Shown here: piece by piece, positions 26,627-38,696 of the stretch | Layout of the letters: every line of letters begins with the position of its first letter | Position numbering within the stretch: position 1 is the first letter of the stretch | NCBI RefSeq assembly: GCF_006345805.1 | Contig: NC_043013.1 | Coordinates: 43,586,001-43,650,000 of the forward strand | Direction of reading: 5' to 3' | Source: Octopus sinensis | Lineage: Eukaryota | DNA: 64,000 nt | Made by a program: the position numbers and the translations under genes | The notes under the pieces: generated by a model | Told to the model about the DNA's origin: nothing | What the model saw: the letters and a program-made list of their open reading frames with translations, nothing else | Databases searched by the model: none

Positions 26627-28150
26627 TAATACTGCACACTTCAATTTATATATATATATATATATATATACGAGAAAGGGAAAAAAATTGATCAAAAGGT
26701 AATATTATGATAACTACACTACATTTTAACAATATAATCTAAAATTGTATCTTAATTTATTATTTGTTCTTAAGAAGTTTTTTGTCACCAGAAGCGTTTT
26801 GGACTGCCTAAATATGATACCGGTGTGTATCGCCCTAGATATACTATGGTTGAAAACAGAGCAGCTGATCGTGGATGTAACACTTTTGTTCAAAGGTCTG
26901 TTTGTTTGATCCTTCTCGAGCCATGTCTGGCTCATAAGGGCCGGTTTTCCAGTTTCTTTGGCGTATAGGTTCCCCACTTGGACGGGACGCCGGTCCATCA
27001 CAGGTGAGCCGCAAGATGCAGGAAGAAAGAGTGAGAAAGTTGTGGCAAAAGGGTCAGCAGAAGTTCGCCATTACCTTCTGCCGGAGCCACATAGAGCTTA
27101 GGTATTTCAATCATAAACATACGCATCGCCCGGTCTGAGAATCGAACCCACGATCCCTCGACCGCGAGTCCGCTACTCTAACCACTAGGCCATGTGCCTC
27201 CACAAAGGTCTGTTTAGACTTGGCCAGGGGTTAAATGATGCCTATAAGCAGGACTGTCAATGGAAAAAATGGTGACGAAAATATGATAGGCGTAAAGATA
27301 ACAATATTTAAGATGATAAAATTAAATCAAATTGTCAAAAAATCATTTTGAAAACTGATCGATCGCCCAAAAGCAGGTGAGACACCAGACTTTCGACATA
27401 CTGGTCGGGATCTGTCAGGGACTTGGCAGTTTCAGAGTTGTTATTGTTTACCCTGAGATCAGTGAGCAGACGCTCCTATCATGACCAACCCACCTTTCTT
27501 TTAGACGCCGGAAGGAGATTTGTTTTGTTACTTCTGGCAGGCCAAACAGCGCGAAAAAATACTCGTTTACTCAAATTCTAGTTGTTATTGCTGTTTGTTC
27601 CACCTCGGCCGTCTCTGATTTAGTTGACTTTATAATCAAAGACGTTCCATCGCACTTTTAAATTTTTATTCTTTTTTATTTATCTATTTTTTAACAGTAA
27701 GCTCTTATTTGTCGAACATTTGATTACTAGTAGCAGCAGCTCAAAAGGATACACCGAGAATTCTTTCTTGACCCGAAAGCTAGGAATTGACCATGGTAAA
27801 GCTTGTGGCCAGTCCAGACAGAAGACGAAAACTCATGGGAAGTGTCACCGAAGAAATTTAATCCAAAACGTCCACTCCTCGCAACAGGTGAATTTAGCGA
27901 TACCTATAAACTCTCTTGGACACTTTCATTACCATTGTCGCTAACACTAGTCCTCGCCGATTTCCGAGGATTCTGGAATTTACTCATAGAAAACTGTCCA
28001 TTTGGAGACCGTGTCATTGTCAAAACACAAAAAAAAAACTGCGATCTTACCAAAGATCGCCAAAAAGAATATCACTGCATGCGTGCGGCGTACTTACACA
28101 CAAACATTCACAAACACACACATATATATATATACATATATTGAGTTAAC

Positions 28151-28362
28151 GGTACTAGTATCGTAGAGTGGTCCCAGTTTGCGTACACACGCTAGCCAGA
28201 CGTAGGCAGTCGATCCTACGAGCTGACTGGCGCATGCACGATATATACTTGTATCGATATATACGTGTATACGATATATTTACTTGTATATATACGATAT
28301 ATACTTGTATCACACGTCCCCGATTCGCGCGCAAACCGGGACCACTCTACGATACTAGTACC
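28151..28362. mobile_element. MULE/Mutator-like MITE
   Basis: About 33-bp TIR GGTACTAGTATCGTAGAGTGGTCCC(A/G)GTTTGCG; 9-bp TSD TGAGTTAAC (28142-28150 and 28363-28371). Confidence 0.78.
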
Positions 28363-28548
28363 TGAGTTAACGAGGTACACTTCGCGGTCTTTTGAACCAA
28401 AACCATATTTCCCTCAAATCACACCCTACCGTCTTAGAGTAAAGGAAACTGACACATATAATAACACATTGGTCTAGAATGTTTTTAAACATGGATCATT
28501 TCGATCAGTGCAGATGCAGTGGTCGAGAACAACAGCATACATACATAC

Positions 28549-28973
28549 CTTATCAAATCTAAAGAAGTGGACTCCCAAATACACAAGGTCTCATCGTCAC
28601 TTCCGGATACAAGGTAAAAACCGTTCGGAGAAAACTTACACACACGTATACCACCTTTGGACGGGTGTTCGAGGACAGCTTCTTGCTGTCCTGTATTTAG
28701 ATTCCAAAGTATTAGTTTACCGTCCGTGGAACAAGATGCCAACAACGTCCCGGCCGGATTAAACGCACAGGAGTTCACGTACAAACTATGTCCCGAGAGA
28801 GGCGAAAGAGGAATCATTTCGGCGAATCCTGGAAACGACCACAAACGAACGGTTTTGTCGCCTGCACAGCTGGCCATAACATGTTTAGAAAACGTTAGTC
28901 CGTTGATGTCCGATGTATGCGAGTCCAAAGAATGAGAAGGTTCGGTCGACGGGGGAAAGCAAATTCCTGCCAT
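28549..28973 (-). CDS. WDSUB1: WD repeat, SAM and U-box domain protein 1, coding exon 1
   Basis: Encodes MAGICF...HSLDSHTSDINGLTFS...LASCSTDGKLILWN...LVSGSDDETLCIWE...LDLI, matching the WDSUB1 N-terminal WD40 repeats as I recall them (HTLADHGDDVNCCAFS...LASCSTDGTTVLWN). Donor AG|GTATGT at 28548; 425 nt, phase 2. Confidence 0.92.
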
Positions 28974-30121
28974 TGCAATAAAATAAACACAAGTGGAGGA
29001 GATGTCGTTTACAACAACAACAACTAATGTGTCTGTCTATAATAGCTTGTCACCAAATTCCGTTAGTTACAATTAAAATCGACATTCCTGTTAATTAATT
29101 GATAAAATATATTATTTTTAATTATTGAAAATACATTTTCTTTTAAAATTTTGTTTATTTCTCAAAAGTTATTTTAAAATTTTGATTCGATGATCGATAA
29201 TCGAGACATTTAAAAACAGCCGCTTACATCACCAACAGCAGAACAAATAGATAAAAAAAAAATGTCATTCAGTACTTTGACAAATGTTTTTCAGCATTTC
29301 TCCTTAATGTCAGCACCACTCCCATTCAATTATAATAGGGTTTATTTATCAAACTGTTTTGATTTATTACAGCAAATATGCTGGTGTCTACTTACAAAAC
29401 TTTTCGTGCCCTGAATACTTGACTATAAACAATAAGTGCTGGTGTCACCCAAACACTCAGTAAAGTGGTTTTAATTGAAACCATGCCAAAACTGAGACAT
29501 TGGGCCAAGAATGGATCTTTTGAACCATCAATCTATGCCTTTATGGCATGGAAAGCGAATATAAAATGATGACGATGGTGATGATGATTGTGTGCGTATG
29601 GTTAAGAAGTTCTCGCTTTGCAACCACGTCGTTTCGGGTTCAATCCCACTGCATGGTACCTTGGGCAAGTGTCTTCTACTATAGCTCCAGGCCATGCAAA
29701 GCCTTGTGAGTGGATTTGGCAGACGGAAACTGAAAGAAACCCGTCGTACGTACATACATACACACACACACACACATATATATATATATGCGTGTGTGTC
29801 TTTCGAGTCTGTGCCCCCCCCCCCCTACTATCACCACTTAACAGATGCCGGTGTGTTTACGGTTCGGCTTAAACAGTCCGATAGAATAAGTACTAGGCTT
29901 TAAAGAAAAAGTCCTGGGGTCGATATACTCAACTAAAAATTCTTCAAGGCAGTGCTCCAGTATGGCCGCAGTCTAATGACTGAAACAATTAAAAATAAAA
30001 GGTATATGTATCTACGTGTGTCTTTGTGTTTATTCCCTACCACTGCAAGACATCCGGTGTTAATTTCTTTCTGTCCCCTTAAATTAATGATTCGGCGAAC
30101 GCGACCAATGGAACAAGTGTA

Positions 30122-30397
30122 CTTTTAGTTATCTCACCCCCATTAAAACATTATCATTAAAAAGTTGGGTTACCTCCCCACTAAAAATTTGGCGACGAGA
30201 TTGGATAAATACTTCAACACATTGTTGACGTTTAGCCTCCTCTTCATTGTTTATTGATTTTTCATTTTTATTTGTTTTATCGAGGTATAAACAATTTTTT
30301 AAAGTTTGGGAGATAACCAAAAGTAACGATATTTTTCATAAAAACGGGGGGGGGGGAAGATACCCGATTTTTTAATGGGGGTGAGATAACCAAAAAG
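30122..30397. mobile_element. Tc1/mariner-type MITE
   Basis: TIR core GTTATCTCACCCCCATTAAAA / TTTTAATGGGGGTGAGATAAC, flanked by TA. Confidence 0.65.
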
Positions 30398-33385
30398 TAC
30401 CAGAATAAGCAGAATGTGCAACTGATGAACCATTCAGGTGGGAAATGGCAAGGAGAATCACACTCCATATTGCTTTCATAGTGAATTGTCTATATGATTA
30501 TGAGAGCAAGTATGACTCAGTAATTAAGAGGTTCACTTTGCAACCAAGTGATTCTCAAGTTCAGTCTCACTGCATGGCACCTTGACTGTTTTCTACCATA
30601 GAGTCTGATCAAAACCTTGCAAATGAACTTCAGTGGGTGAAAACTAAATGGAAATCTGACAGAAGGACTGTTCCTGTCCTTGGTCATCAGTTTAATTTAT
30701 CACCTGATTTAACACCATCACTTGCAGCTTGGGTGGCTTTAGTGGAATCACTTTGTTTCAAACAATAGGATTAGATCTTCAGTCTAAGAATAACTTCTTC
30801 CAAACCCTTGTAAAAGGTTATTTACGCTAGTCTCCCTCCTAATAACTAAAACATTAAAAACAAAAACCTGCATTACCTCATCCAACCAGAATATGCTATT
30901 TCAGTTGTAACAACTTCAATTTCCTGTAATGCAGTTGTTTTTTTTTCATCATCAATAATTTTTAGAGATAGTCCCTCAAGGTTAAAATAAATAAATGCGC
31001 CCTTTTAAAGCCTAGCCACGCTCATGGGCCCAGTTTCCCGGTTTCTATGGCGTATATGTTCCCCAGCTGGACAGGACACCAGTCCATCGCAGCGTTACTC
31101 ATTTTTGCCAGCTGAGTGGACTGGAGCAACGAGAAATGAAGTGTTTTGCTCAAGAACACAATGCATCGCCCAGTTCAGGAATTAAAACCACAATCTTAGG
31201 ATTATGATGCTGACACCCTAACCACTAAGCCACGCACCTCCACTGTCCCTCAAAGTTACTGGAGGTGAACTGGCAAGTCCTGATTTCTTTCACGGTCAGC
31301 TATATGTTGCATGCTATCTTGTTGGACCAAGCAGTAGCCAGAATAAAGAGAAGTTGAAAAAAGTTCAGGATGTTATTTCCTGTGCTGGCAACAAGGGAAT
31401 TCTCTCTTCATTGTCTGTGTACAAAGTACAATGTTGTATGGTAATGAGGTGAGAACACTAAACATTGAAGATGTGCAAAGGTTTGTAACAGGATTGTTTT
31501 TGTTTGTTCCTTCTCGAGCCAGGCATGGCTCATAAGGGCCGGTTTCCTGGTTTCCTTGGTGCATAGGTTCCCCACCTGGACGGGACGCCAGGCCATTGCA
31601 GGCGAGCTACAAGATGCAGGAGGAAAAAGTGAAAGTTGTGGCGAAAGAGTCAGCAGAAGTTCGCCACTACCTTCTGCCGGAGCCGCGTGGAGCTTAGGTG
31701 TTTTGCTCATAAACACACACATCGCCCGGTCTTAGATTTGAATCCGCTATCCTTCGACCGCGAGTCCGCTGCTCTAACCACTAGGCCATGTGCCTCCTTT
31801 GTAACAGGATGAAAGGTCTGTAACACTGGTGGGGTGCAGGTTTCTGGAATAATATATATATATATATTTCCTTCAGGATGAATCGGTAGCCCTGGAGCTA
31901 GTCACAGTAGTCAAGTGGTGTGAACCAAATCCTGTCTTGTTCCAGCATAGTGTAGCATTGCCACATGGTGGCAGCTTGAGGAGAGATGTGAGAATGCGTC
32001 TGTTCAATTCGACTGTCAGCTTCGAGAGAGATCGATATGCAGGAAGTTTTGCTGCTGCTAGTTCTCTGTGAATGCACATGAGGGAACTCCGGCAGGCCTC
32101 CTGGAAGAATCCATCTCTGCACACGTGCCCTGAAGACTTCCAAAATGGCGCCACTACAGGTTTTTGCTCAAGTGCCTACCCACACACTCTCCATGCCATC
32201 ACCTACCTACCCTCTCCAATTCCTCTCACCTTCACTACCTCTGCAATCACCCCAATTCCTCTCAACATCACTTGCTCTGTCTGCTACCTTTAAACATCTT
32301 CCCTCACACTCTCATGGAACATCCTCCCCTATTCCCTCTAGACCACTTATACGCCCCCCCCCCACTCTTACTTGTAGCAGGCCCTCTCTCTCACACACCA
32401 ACTATCTCTATAGCTCTCTCTAACTCTCTCCCACTCTTCCTCCTTGTCCTACTGAGGTAGCCAAGTATCCCAATAGTAAGAAAACCACCTCTGTCATGCT
32501 CTAATCTCTCACTTCCACTCCCTCTCTCAACTGAGAGGTCCTTGTCTTGCAAGCTCACTGGTGCTGGTGCCAGGTAAAAAATACCTATGCCAATGCCAGG
32601 TAAAAAAAAATACACCCATGCTAGTTCCACATAAAAGATACCTGTGACAGTGCCATACAAAAGCACCCATACCAGTGCCACATATAAAGCACTGGTGCTG
32701 GTACCATATATAAAGTACTTAGTACACCCTGTAAAGTGGCTGGTGTTAGAAAGGGCATTCACAATGGAAACCATGCCATGGAACAAACTGCCGGCATCAG
32801 TTGTTAGTTGTCGGAGCACTGCATCCTTCAAAACTTCCATGCTTCCTGAGATTCGCCAACACTACACCTGATTTTCTCCCCCTCCATACACACACAAGCA
32901 TGTATCTGACTCATACACTGTTCGCTTTCCAGACATTTGTACATTACTGCATATGCTTTATATGCACTTTTGATAAGTTGTGGTGCACTTAAGCACTGTA
33001 TACAATAAATTTCATTATTATTATTATTATTATTTAATTGGAGCCTGGTGCAACTCTCTAGCTGGCCAACTCCTTTCAAACCATCCAACCCATGCCAGCA
33101 TAGAAAACAGACGTTAAATGATGATGATGATGATAATGTGCTAGAGAAACCATACTAAAACTGAGAAGACCATGTAAGACGGGGTTCTCTCTAACTTATA
33201 CAGGTAGTAACACTGAACAAGGATTCAAAGACCACAATGAAACGTCCAACCCATACCAGTAGGAAAAACAAACGTAAAATTATGATGATGATGATGCGCG
33301 CGCGCCCGCATGATTGTGTGCATGTGAAATTTGACCCAATTCAGGAAATATCCAACCAGGATGTCAATAAAATGAAAATAAAACC

Positions 33386-33782
33386 AATCTTCTCGGTTTG
33401 AACGACAGTTTTTTTATAATAATTTCCACATAACTAAACACTTTTAAACTTCGTAAACTGGTAGAATGTGTTTATAAAACATCTTTTTCTCTTGGCTTTA
33501 TTGAGAAAATTCTATAGTTTGTAAGACATTTGTTGTTGTTTTTTCTTCAATTTCTGCAATTTCAACCAATCAGTGACGTCTATTGAGGTGAAAACATTCT
33601 GTGCCGTATGAATATGTCCCTCGTTTAAGAAACAGATTGGGTTTATTTACATTTCTGAAGATAAAAAAAGATACCCTTCCCCCCACCCTAACCCTAACCC
33701 TAATACTAGGGTCATAATTATGGGTGACAATTTCATATGACACCGCTAGAAAAAAAAACTGCCGTTCAAAGCGAAAAGATCC
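33386..33782. mobile_element. MITE-like element with about 27-bp imperfect inverted ends
   Basis: ATCTTCTCGGTTTGAACGACAGTTTTT / AAAAACTGCCGTTCAAAGCGAAAAGAT. Partial inverted copy at about 60980-61140. Confidence 0.55.
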
Positions 33783-33889
33783 AATAAAACAGATATACTG
33801 CGAGAAATATTACATCATTCTGAAATTCAATAGAAAATAACTTAGTGTGTATGTGTGTGTGTGTGTGTAAAAAGAAAGTGTGGATAATA

Positions 33890-34013
33890 AAAGTAGGCGG
33901 GGTAAGCGGACGAATATTTATTGGTCGATATTAAAGCAAGCGCTCCGGTTGACGGGCCGCAGTCGAGTATTAAAGAGCGTGTGTTGTCTTTGCCGGCGTG
34001 TTTCTTCTTCAAA
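33890..34013 (+). promoter_or_regulatory. Probable DNPEP promoter / 5' UTR (CpG-rich patch)
   Basis: Local GC and CpG enrichment (GGCGGGG, GCGCTCCGG, GGGCCGC) in an AT-rich background, directly before ATG|GTAAGT. TSS not determinable. Confidence 0.5.
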
Positions 34014-34016
34014 ATG
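34014..34016 (+). CDS. DNPEP: DNPEP probable coding exon 1 (ATG only)
   Basis: AAAATG|GTAAGT downstream of a CpG-rich patch at 33890-34010. Supplies the Met missing from the phase-0 exon at 45673. Confidence 0.6.
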
Positions 34017-34151
34017 GTAAGTTGAAAATCTGCTGTACTATGCACAAAACACCATCGTTAATAACAATTTTTTTCAGCAATCTTTCAGCCGTTTTTACTT
34101 CCGAATACTGGAGCCATACCTTATTTCTTTTGTATATATATATATACATAC

Positions 34152-34198
<47 letters not shown>

Positions 34199-35103
34199 AG
34201 CATCCAAGTCAGCTCCGATCCGGCTTTGTTCTAAAGTCCTTAAGGTTGTAAATGTTTTAAGATTTTTTGGGGTTTTTTTTTTTTAAACATTCCGGTCGGT
34301 TTTGTATAATTATAATAATTATTCGGCTGAAGGTCTTCAGATAGCGTGAAATTTTCATTTTATTTTTCTCCGTTTCATTGATTGGGAAATAACTTCTTTT
34401 GTCATCGTGACAGAAGCTATATTCCGTTATGATGTTGTTTAGTCCCTGCACTTCTTGCCTCTTGCATACTAAATGTAAATATTAGCTGTAGTAAAGTTTG
34501 AACTCCTTCCAATTAATTAACTTGTTTCGGCGACAAAATTTCCGAGAAAATGAAATCTGATTAAGGGTCCGTGATAAAGACCAAAATTTACCATAAGGGG
34601 TCAAGTTATCTTGTGTGTGGGGGATAGTTTTTTTAATTTTATTTTTAACTGAAACCACAATATATAGGCGAAAATAAAGAATGCGCACACCCGGTGGTTA
34701 GGGTTTTTGCTACGCCGAAAGCAGGTGGTGTAAGTATTCTTTACCTCCGCCCAATATATATATATATATATATATATACCTATTTCTTTACTACCCACAA
34801 GGGGCTGAACACAGAGAGGACAGACAAATGGATTAAGTCGATTATATCGACCTCAGTGCGTAACTGGTACTTATTTAATCGACCCCGAAAGGATGAAAGG
34901 CAAATACCGGAGTAAACACAAACGTGAAACAAGGTGGAAAAAAGAGTACTCAAATACCAGAGGTTGAGTAATATGGTTTATTTAAAAGCAGCAGAAATTT
35001 AACAAAAGCTGTTACTCAGAGTTTCACGTTCCCGTTCGTCGATATATATATATATATAATATATATATATATAATATATATATATATGGCATTGCCATAT
35101 AGG

Positions 35104-35156
<53 letters not shown>

Positions 35157-35167
35157 TGCCATATAGG

Positions 35168-35211
<44 letters not shown>

Positions 35212-35813
35212 TGCCATATAGGCTTATATATATATATACAGGCCTCTACATAAAAAATTGCTCTTCATATTCGAGGTTCCGATGAAGCTATATAAGGTGT
35301 TACTCAGGCACTTAACTATGACTCCACTGTATTTTATAGCAGAAACAACTTATAACCTAACGAAGTTCATGTATATATATAATGTTCACACACGTACAAA
35401 GTGAAGGTGGTCACTTAATCTCAAAGCCCGTTGTGTTATATATATTTAGTAATAAAAAAAGTCTAAACATTACAAACTATTTACACGAGACTTAATCTAT
35501 GATTAACGAATACAGAGATAAGACATGTTACATGTTTACACTTGTCTCACGAGACAAATGAAACAGTAAAAAATTACCCTTTGTTGTGCCATAGAGATGG
35601 TTTTAATTATTTAGTTAAGTGCAAACTTTAGGAGTGAAAGAAGTGTTCCAGTTGTAAGCCTCCCATCCCACATTTTGTGTATCTTGTGACTACAATTTGA
35701 TGTTTTTTTTTAAAAAAAAACTGATAGCGGTAGGGTCTGCTTCGAGTGAGATTTGGTTTCTATATTTTCTCTTCGTTAAGTTAAAATCAAGAACAATATA
35801 TTGCAAAGTTAAA

Positions 35814-36197
35814 TCTCTCTCTATATAAACGGCAGTTTGTCTGTGCGTGTTTCTGTGTGTCTGTTTTCTCGTACCCTCACTCTGACCACGGCTTTCAACC
35901 GATTCTGATGAAACTTGACACACACATAGCCCAATGTCATAATTCAAAACTAACGCAGCGAAAATTTTGAAAAGTTCCCCCAGTTCTGAAAAAAATCGAT
36001 AAATTCGACATGGGGTCGAGAATCAGAAACCCAAACCACAGACCGTCTAGGGGACGCAACTCCACCTTTTTTAACTCTCAAAAAAATTTACCATCATTTT
36101 TTTTCCATTTTTTTGCTATTTTTTGGCTATAACTCTCTAAAAATGCTTTATAGTTATTTCCCTTACAAACCTGAGCAACGCCGGGCGATACTGCTAG
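35814..36197 (+). mobile_element. Non-autonomous Helitron
   Basis: A|TC start, CTAG|T end, GC-rich hairpin-like CCTGAGCAACGCCGGG about 10 nt before the end. Confidence 0.75.
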
Positions 36198-36747
36198 TAG
36201 CGAAATAAATGTCCATGTAATTGTAGTAGAAACGTTAATATCAGTTAAAATGTAGCAAAAACCTTTGATCTGTTTATATTCGAAGCTAAAACCGAGAATC
36301 TAACCGTTTCTATTACAAGTCGGGTAATTTACCAACTGCTCTACACAATAAAAAGTTGTTTAGTCCCTGGTCAACTCTTATCTAACAGGCTTATCATCAA
36401 AGCATTGGAGCATAGGTGTAATTTAAAAGAGGTTGAACCGAAAGTAGGCTTAATCGACTTTTACGTTAGCTTCTACTCAGGTGCTTGATCTGTTGGCTAT
36501 TAGCAGCCAAATTTCCCCCACCCCAAACTATGTCCCTTTTACACTTTTCTTTTACTTGTTTCAGTCATTTGACTGCGGCCATGCTGGAGCACCGCCTTTA
36601 GTCGAGCAAATCGACCCCAGGACTTGTTCATTGGAAGCCTAGTACTTATTCTATCGGTCTCTTTTGCCGAACCGCTAAGTGACGGGGACGTAAACACACC
36701 AGCATCGGTTGTCAAGTGATGTTGGAGGGACAAACACAGACACACAA

Positions 36748-36820
<73 letters not shown>

Positions 36821-36824
<4 letters not shown>

Positions 36825-38664
36825 AAAAAAGCAACAAGAATGGATTAAAATCTCGGTACGATCGTTTCGTACGAGGACATCTTTAATAAGCTACAAAAAA
36901 TGCAGTGAATACAGATGGCTCGTACTCGTCAGCCGAAAAAACATCAGAGAATTCCCAAACATCAAAAGGGGTAGATACAAAAGTTGTAAGATTAGCTGCA
37001 TTGAAGAAAGTTCGATTCATGGAGATCCGATGAAAGGTTTTAAACCTATAGAATTTATGCATGTCTACATATAGCTCATATTGAATATTTGATCAAGTTG
37101 TGTGAAGAAATTTTCGGATACAGTCATGCAAAATTTCTGAAAATCTGAGTAAGAGGCAAAGTGACTGCCATATCATGTAGAGGAAAGTCTGAGCAAAGTG
37201 ACTGTCATATCGTGTAGAGGAACAGATTGTTATTGAATTTTACAAGGATCGCAGATAAGTTCGATTTTTTGGAGATCCGATGAAAAAGTCTTGAACTTAC
37301 AAAATATGTGTATGTCCTTATAGTTCATAATCCAGTTTTGTGAAGAGATTTAGGCTACAATCATGCGAAAAATATCAGGGAATCCGAATGAGAAGCAAAA
37401 TGACAGTCTTATATTGTAGCGGTTCAGGTTGTTAATGAATTTATCAAGAATCACAGAAAGAGGAGGAAGGAGGTAGAAATTTAATCAGTTACTGCTATTT
37501 AATCTGTCAAAGAGAAAGGAAAGGGGAAGCTAAGGGGATTGGCACAAGTTGATACTAATAGAAAAGTCTAAGTTTGTTTAGAACAAAATTCGAACTGAGG
37601 TCAACAATTTATTTCTTTATTTATAAATGTTACTATTAATAGATTGTCAGGTTACAAAGAGGTCATTAGAAAGGAAAGGAAAATGGGGTTGTTTTTAAAT
37701 GAAATTAAACAATTATATTATTATTATACTATACTATAATACACTACACTATATTATATTATATTATATTATTTTGATATATTATATCACATCACAATAC
37801 ACTACGATAGGTCTGGGATTAGCAGAATTAATTTTTAGTGTAAAAGAAATTAAGAGATTTAACTAACTAATATTTGTAATGGGTTAAAAAAATAGACTAA
37901 GAAATGGAGATAAAAATAGAGCAAAATTTAATTTATTAATAATATGGTCCAATAGAAATAAATCAAATAATTTAAGTCAATAAGTATTAAATAGTACCAT
38001 CAGAGAGAGAAAAAATTATAATCATAGCTAGTTAGATCTTATCTTTCTAGTTAAATATATAATATACTATGTAGGAGTGATATGTAAGTCAAAATGAATT
38101 TTATGCAACATGATTCCAGTATACAGTTATCAATTGAGATATGATTTAAAGTATCATTTAAAATATTTAAGAGTCTTAACCCGAGCATGTATACAAGAAT
38201 TTCCAAGTTCAATTCTGCTGTTTAATTGAATTTCTCCATTATTTCTATACATTAGTATTTCAAATGCTTCCATGGAGCAAAGTTGGCAGCCTACTCTGCT
38301 ATTTTTATAGGGTTTTGCTCTTCTGACTAATTCCCAATTAAGGTTATATTTGATATTATTGTTTTTTAGTTCCCAAATTTTACTAGAAAGAGTGGTGCTA
38401 TCAGCCTTATGACGTAATTTAAAGGATGAGAGATGGTTATTCAATCTCTGTTTAAAATTTACAGTGCATCCAACATAAGAGAACTTATTATTATCTGTGG
38501 TTACGGAGCACTTATAGATTATGTTAATCTATATAATTTTTTCCTATTTGTAATCACCCCATTTGTCGTATGGTTAACACCATATAGATTTCCGGTGCAT
38601 CCTAGTTAAGGACCATATTCATGTGAATTCTTTAGAATTCACTAGAATCTCAATTACTTAACCG
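36821..38664 (-). mobile_element. 5'-truncated Penelope-like element: GIY-YIG endonuclease C-terminus, 3' UTR, pseudo-LTR with HHR, inverted tail
   Basis: 38528-38154 reads INIIYKCSV...YVGCTVNFKQRLNNHLSSF...TTLSSKIWELK...WELVRRAKPY...CQLC..EAFEI...LNSRIELGNSCIH...stop. HHR at 36852-36937. 38537-38664 is an inverted copy of the tail seen at 7368-7490. (TA)n on both sides. Confidence 0.82.
36852..36937 (-). ncRNA. Type I hammerhead ribozyme, intact core
   Basis: UUCGG-CUGACGA-GUACGAG...CUCGUAC-GAAA-C-GAUC-G-UA^CCGAG. Stem I 5 bp, stem II 7 bp perfect, palindromic stem III ACGAUCGU. Confidence 0.85.

Positions 38665-38696
<32 letters not shown>

Noticed and set aside
31873-32460. Overlapping 70-100 aa ORFs and a pyrimidine-rich stretch
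   Set aside because: No motif recognised; probably a decayed TE fragment. A translated search would be needed.
33683-33705. Telomeric (TAACCC) repeats
   Set aside because: Only 2-3 units inside a MITE-like element; not a chromosome end.
35265-35365. HHR-like fold AGGUU-CCGAUGA-A-GCUAUA...UAUAGC-A-GAAAC...AACCU
   Set aside because: The core has CCGA instead of CUGA, there is an extra base before GAAA, and no proper stem III or UH site. At most a decayed relic.
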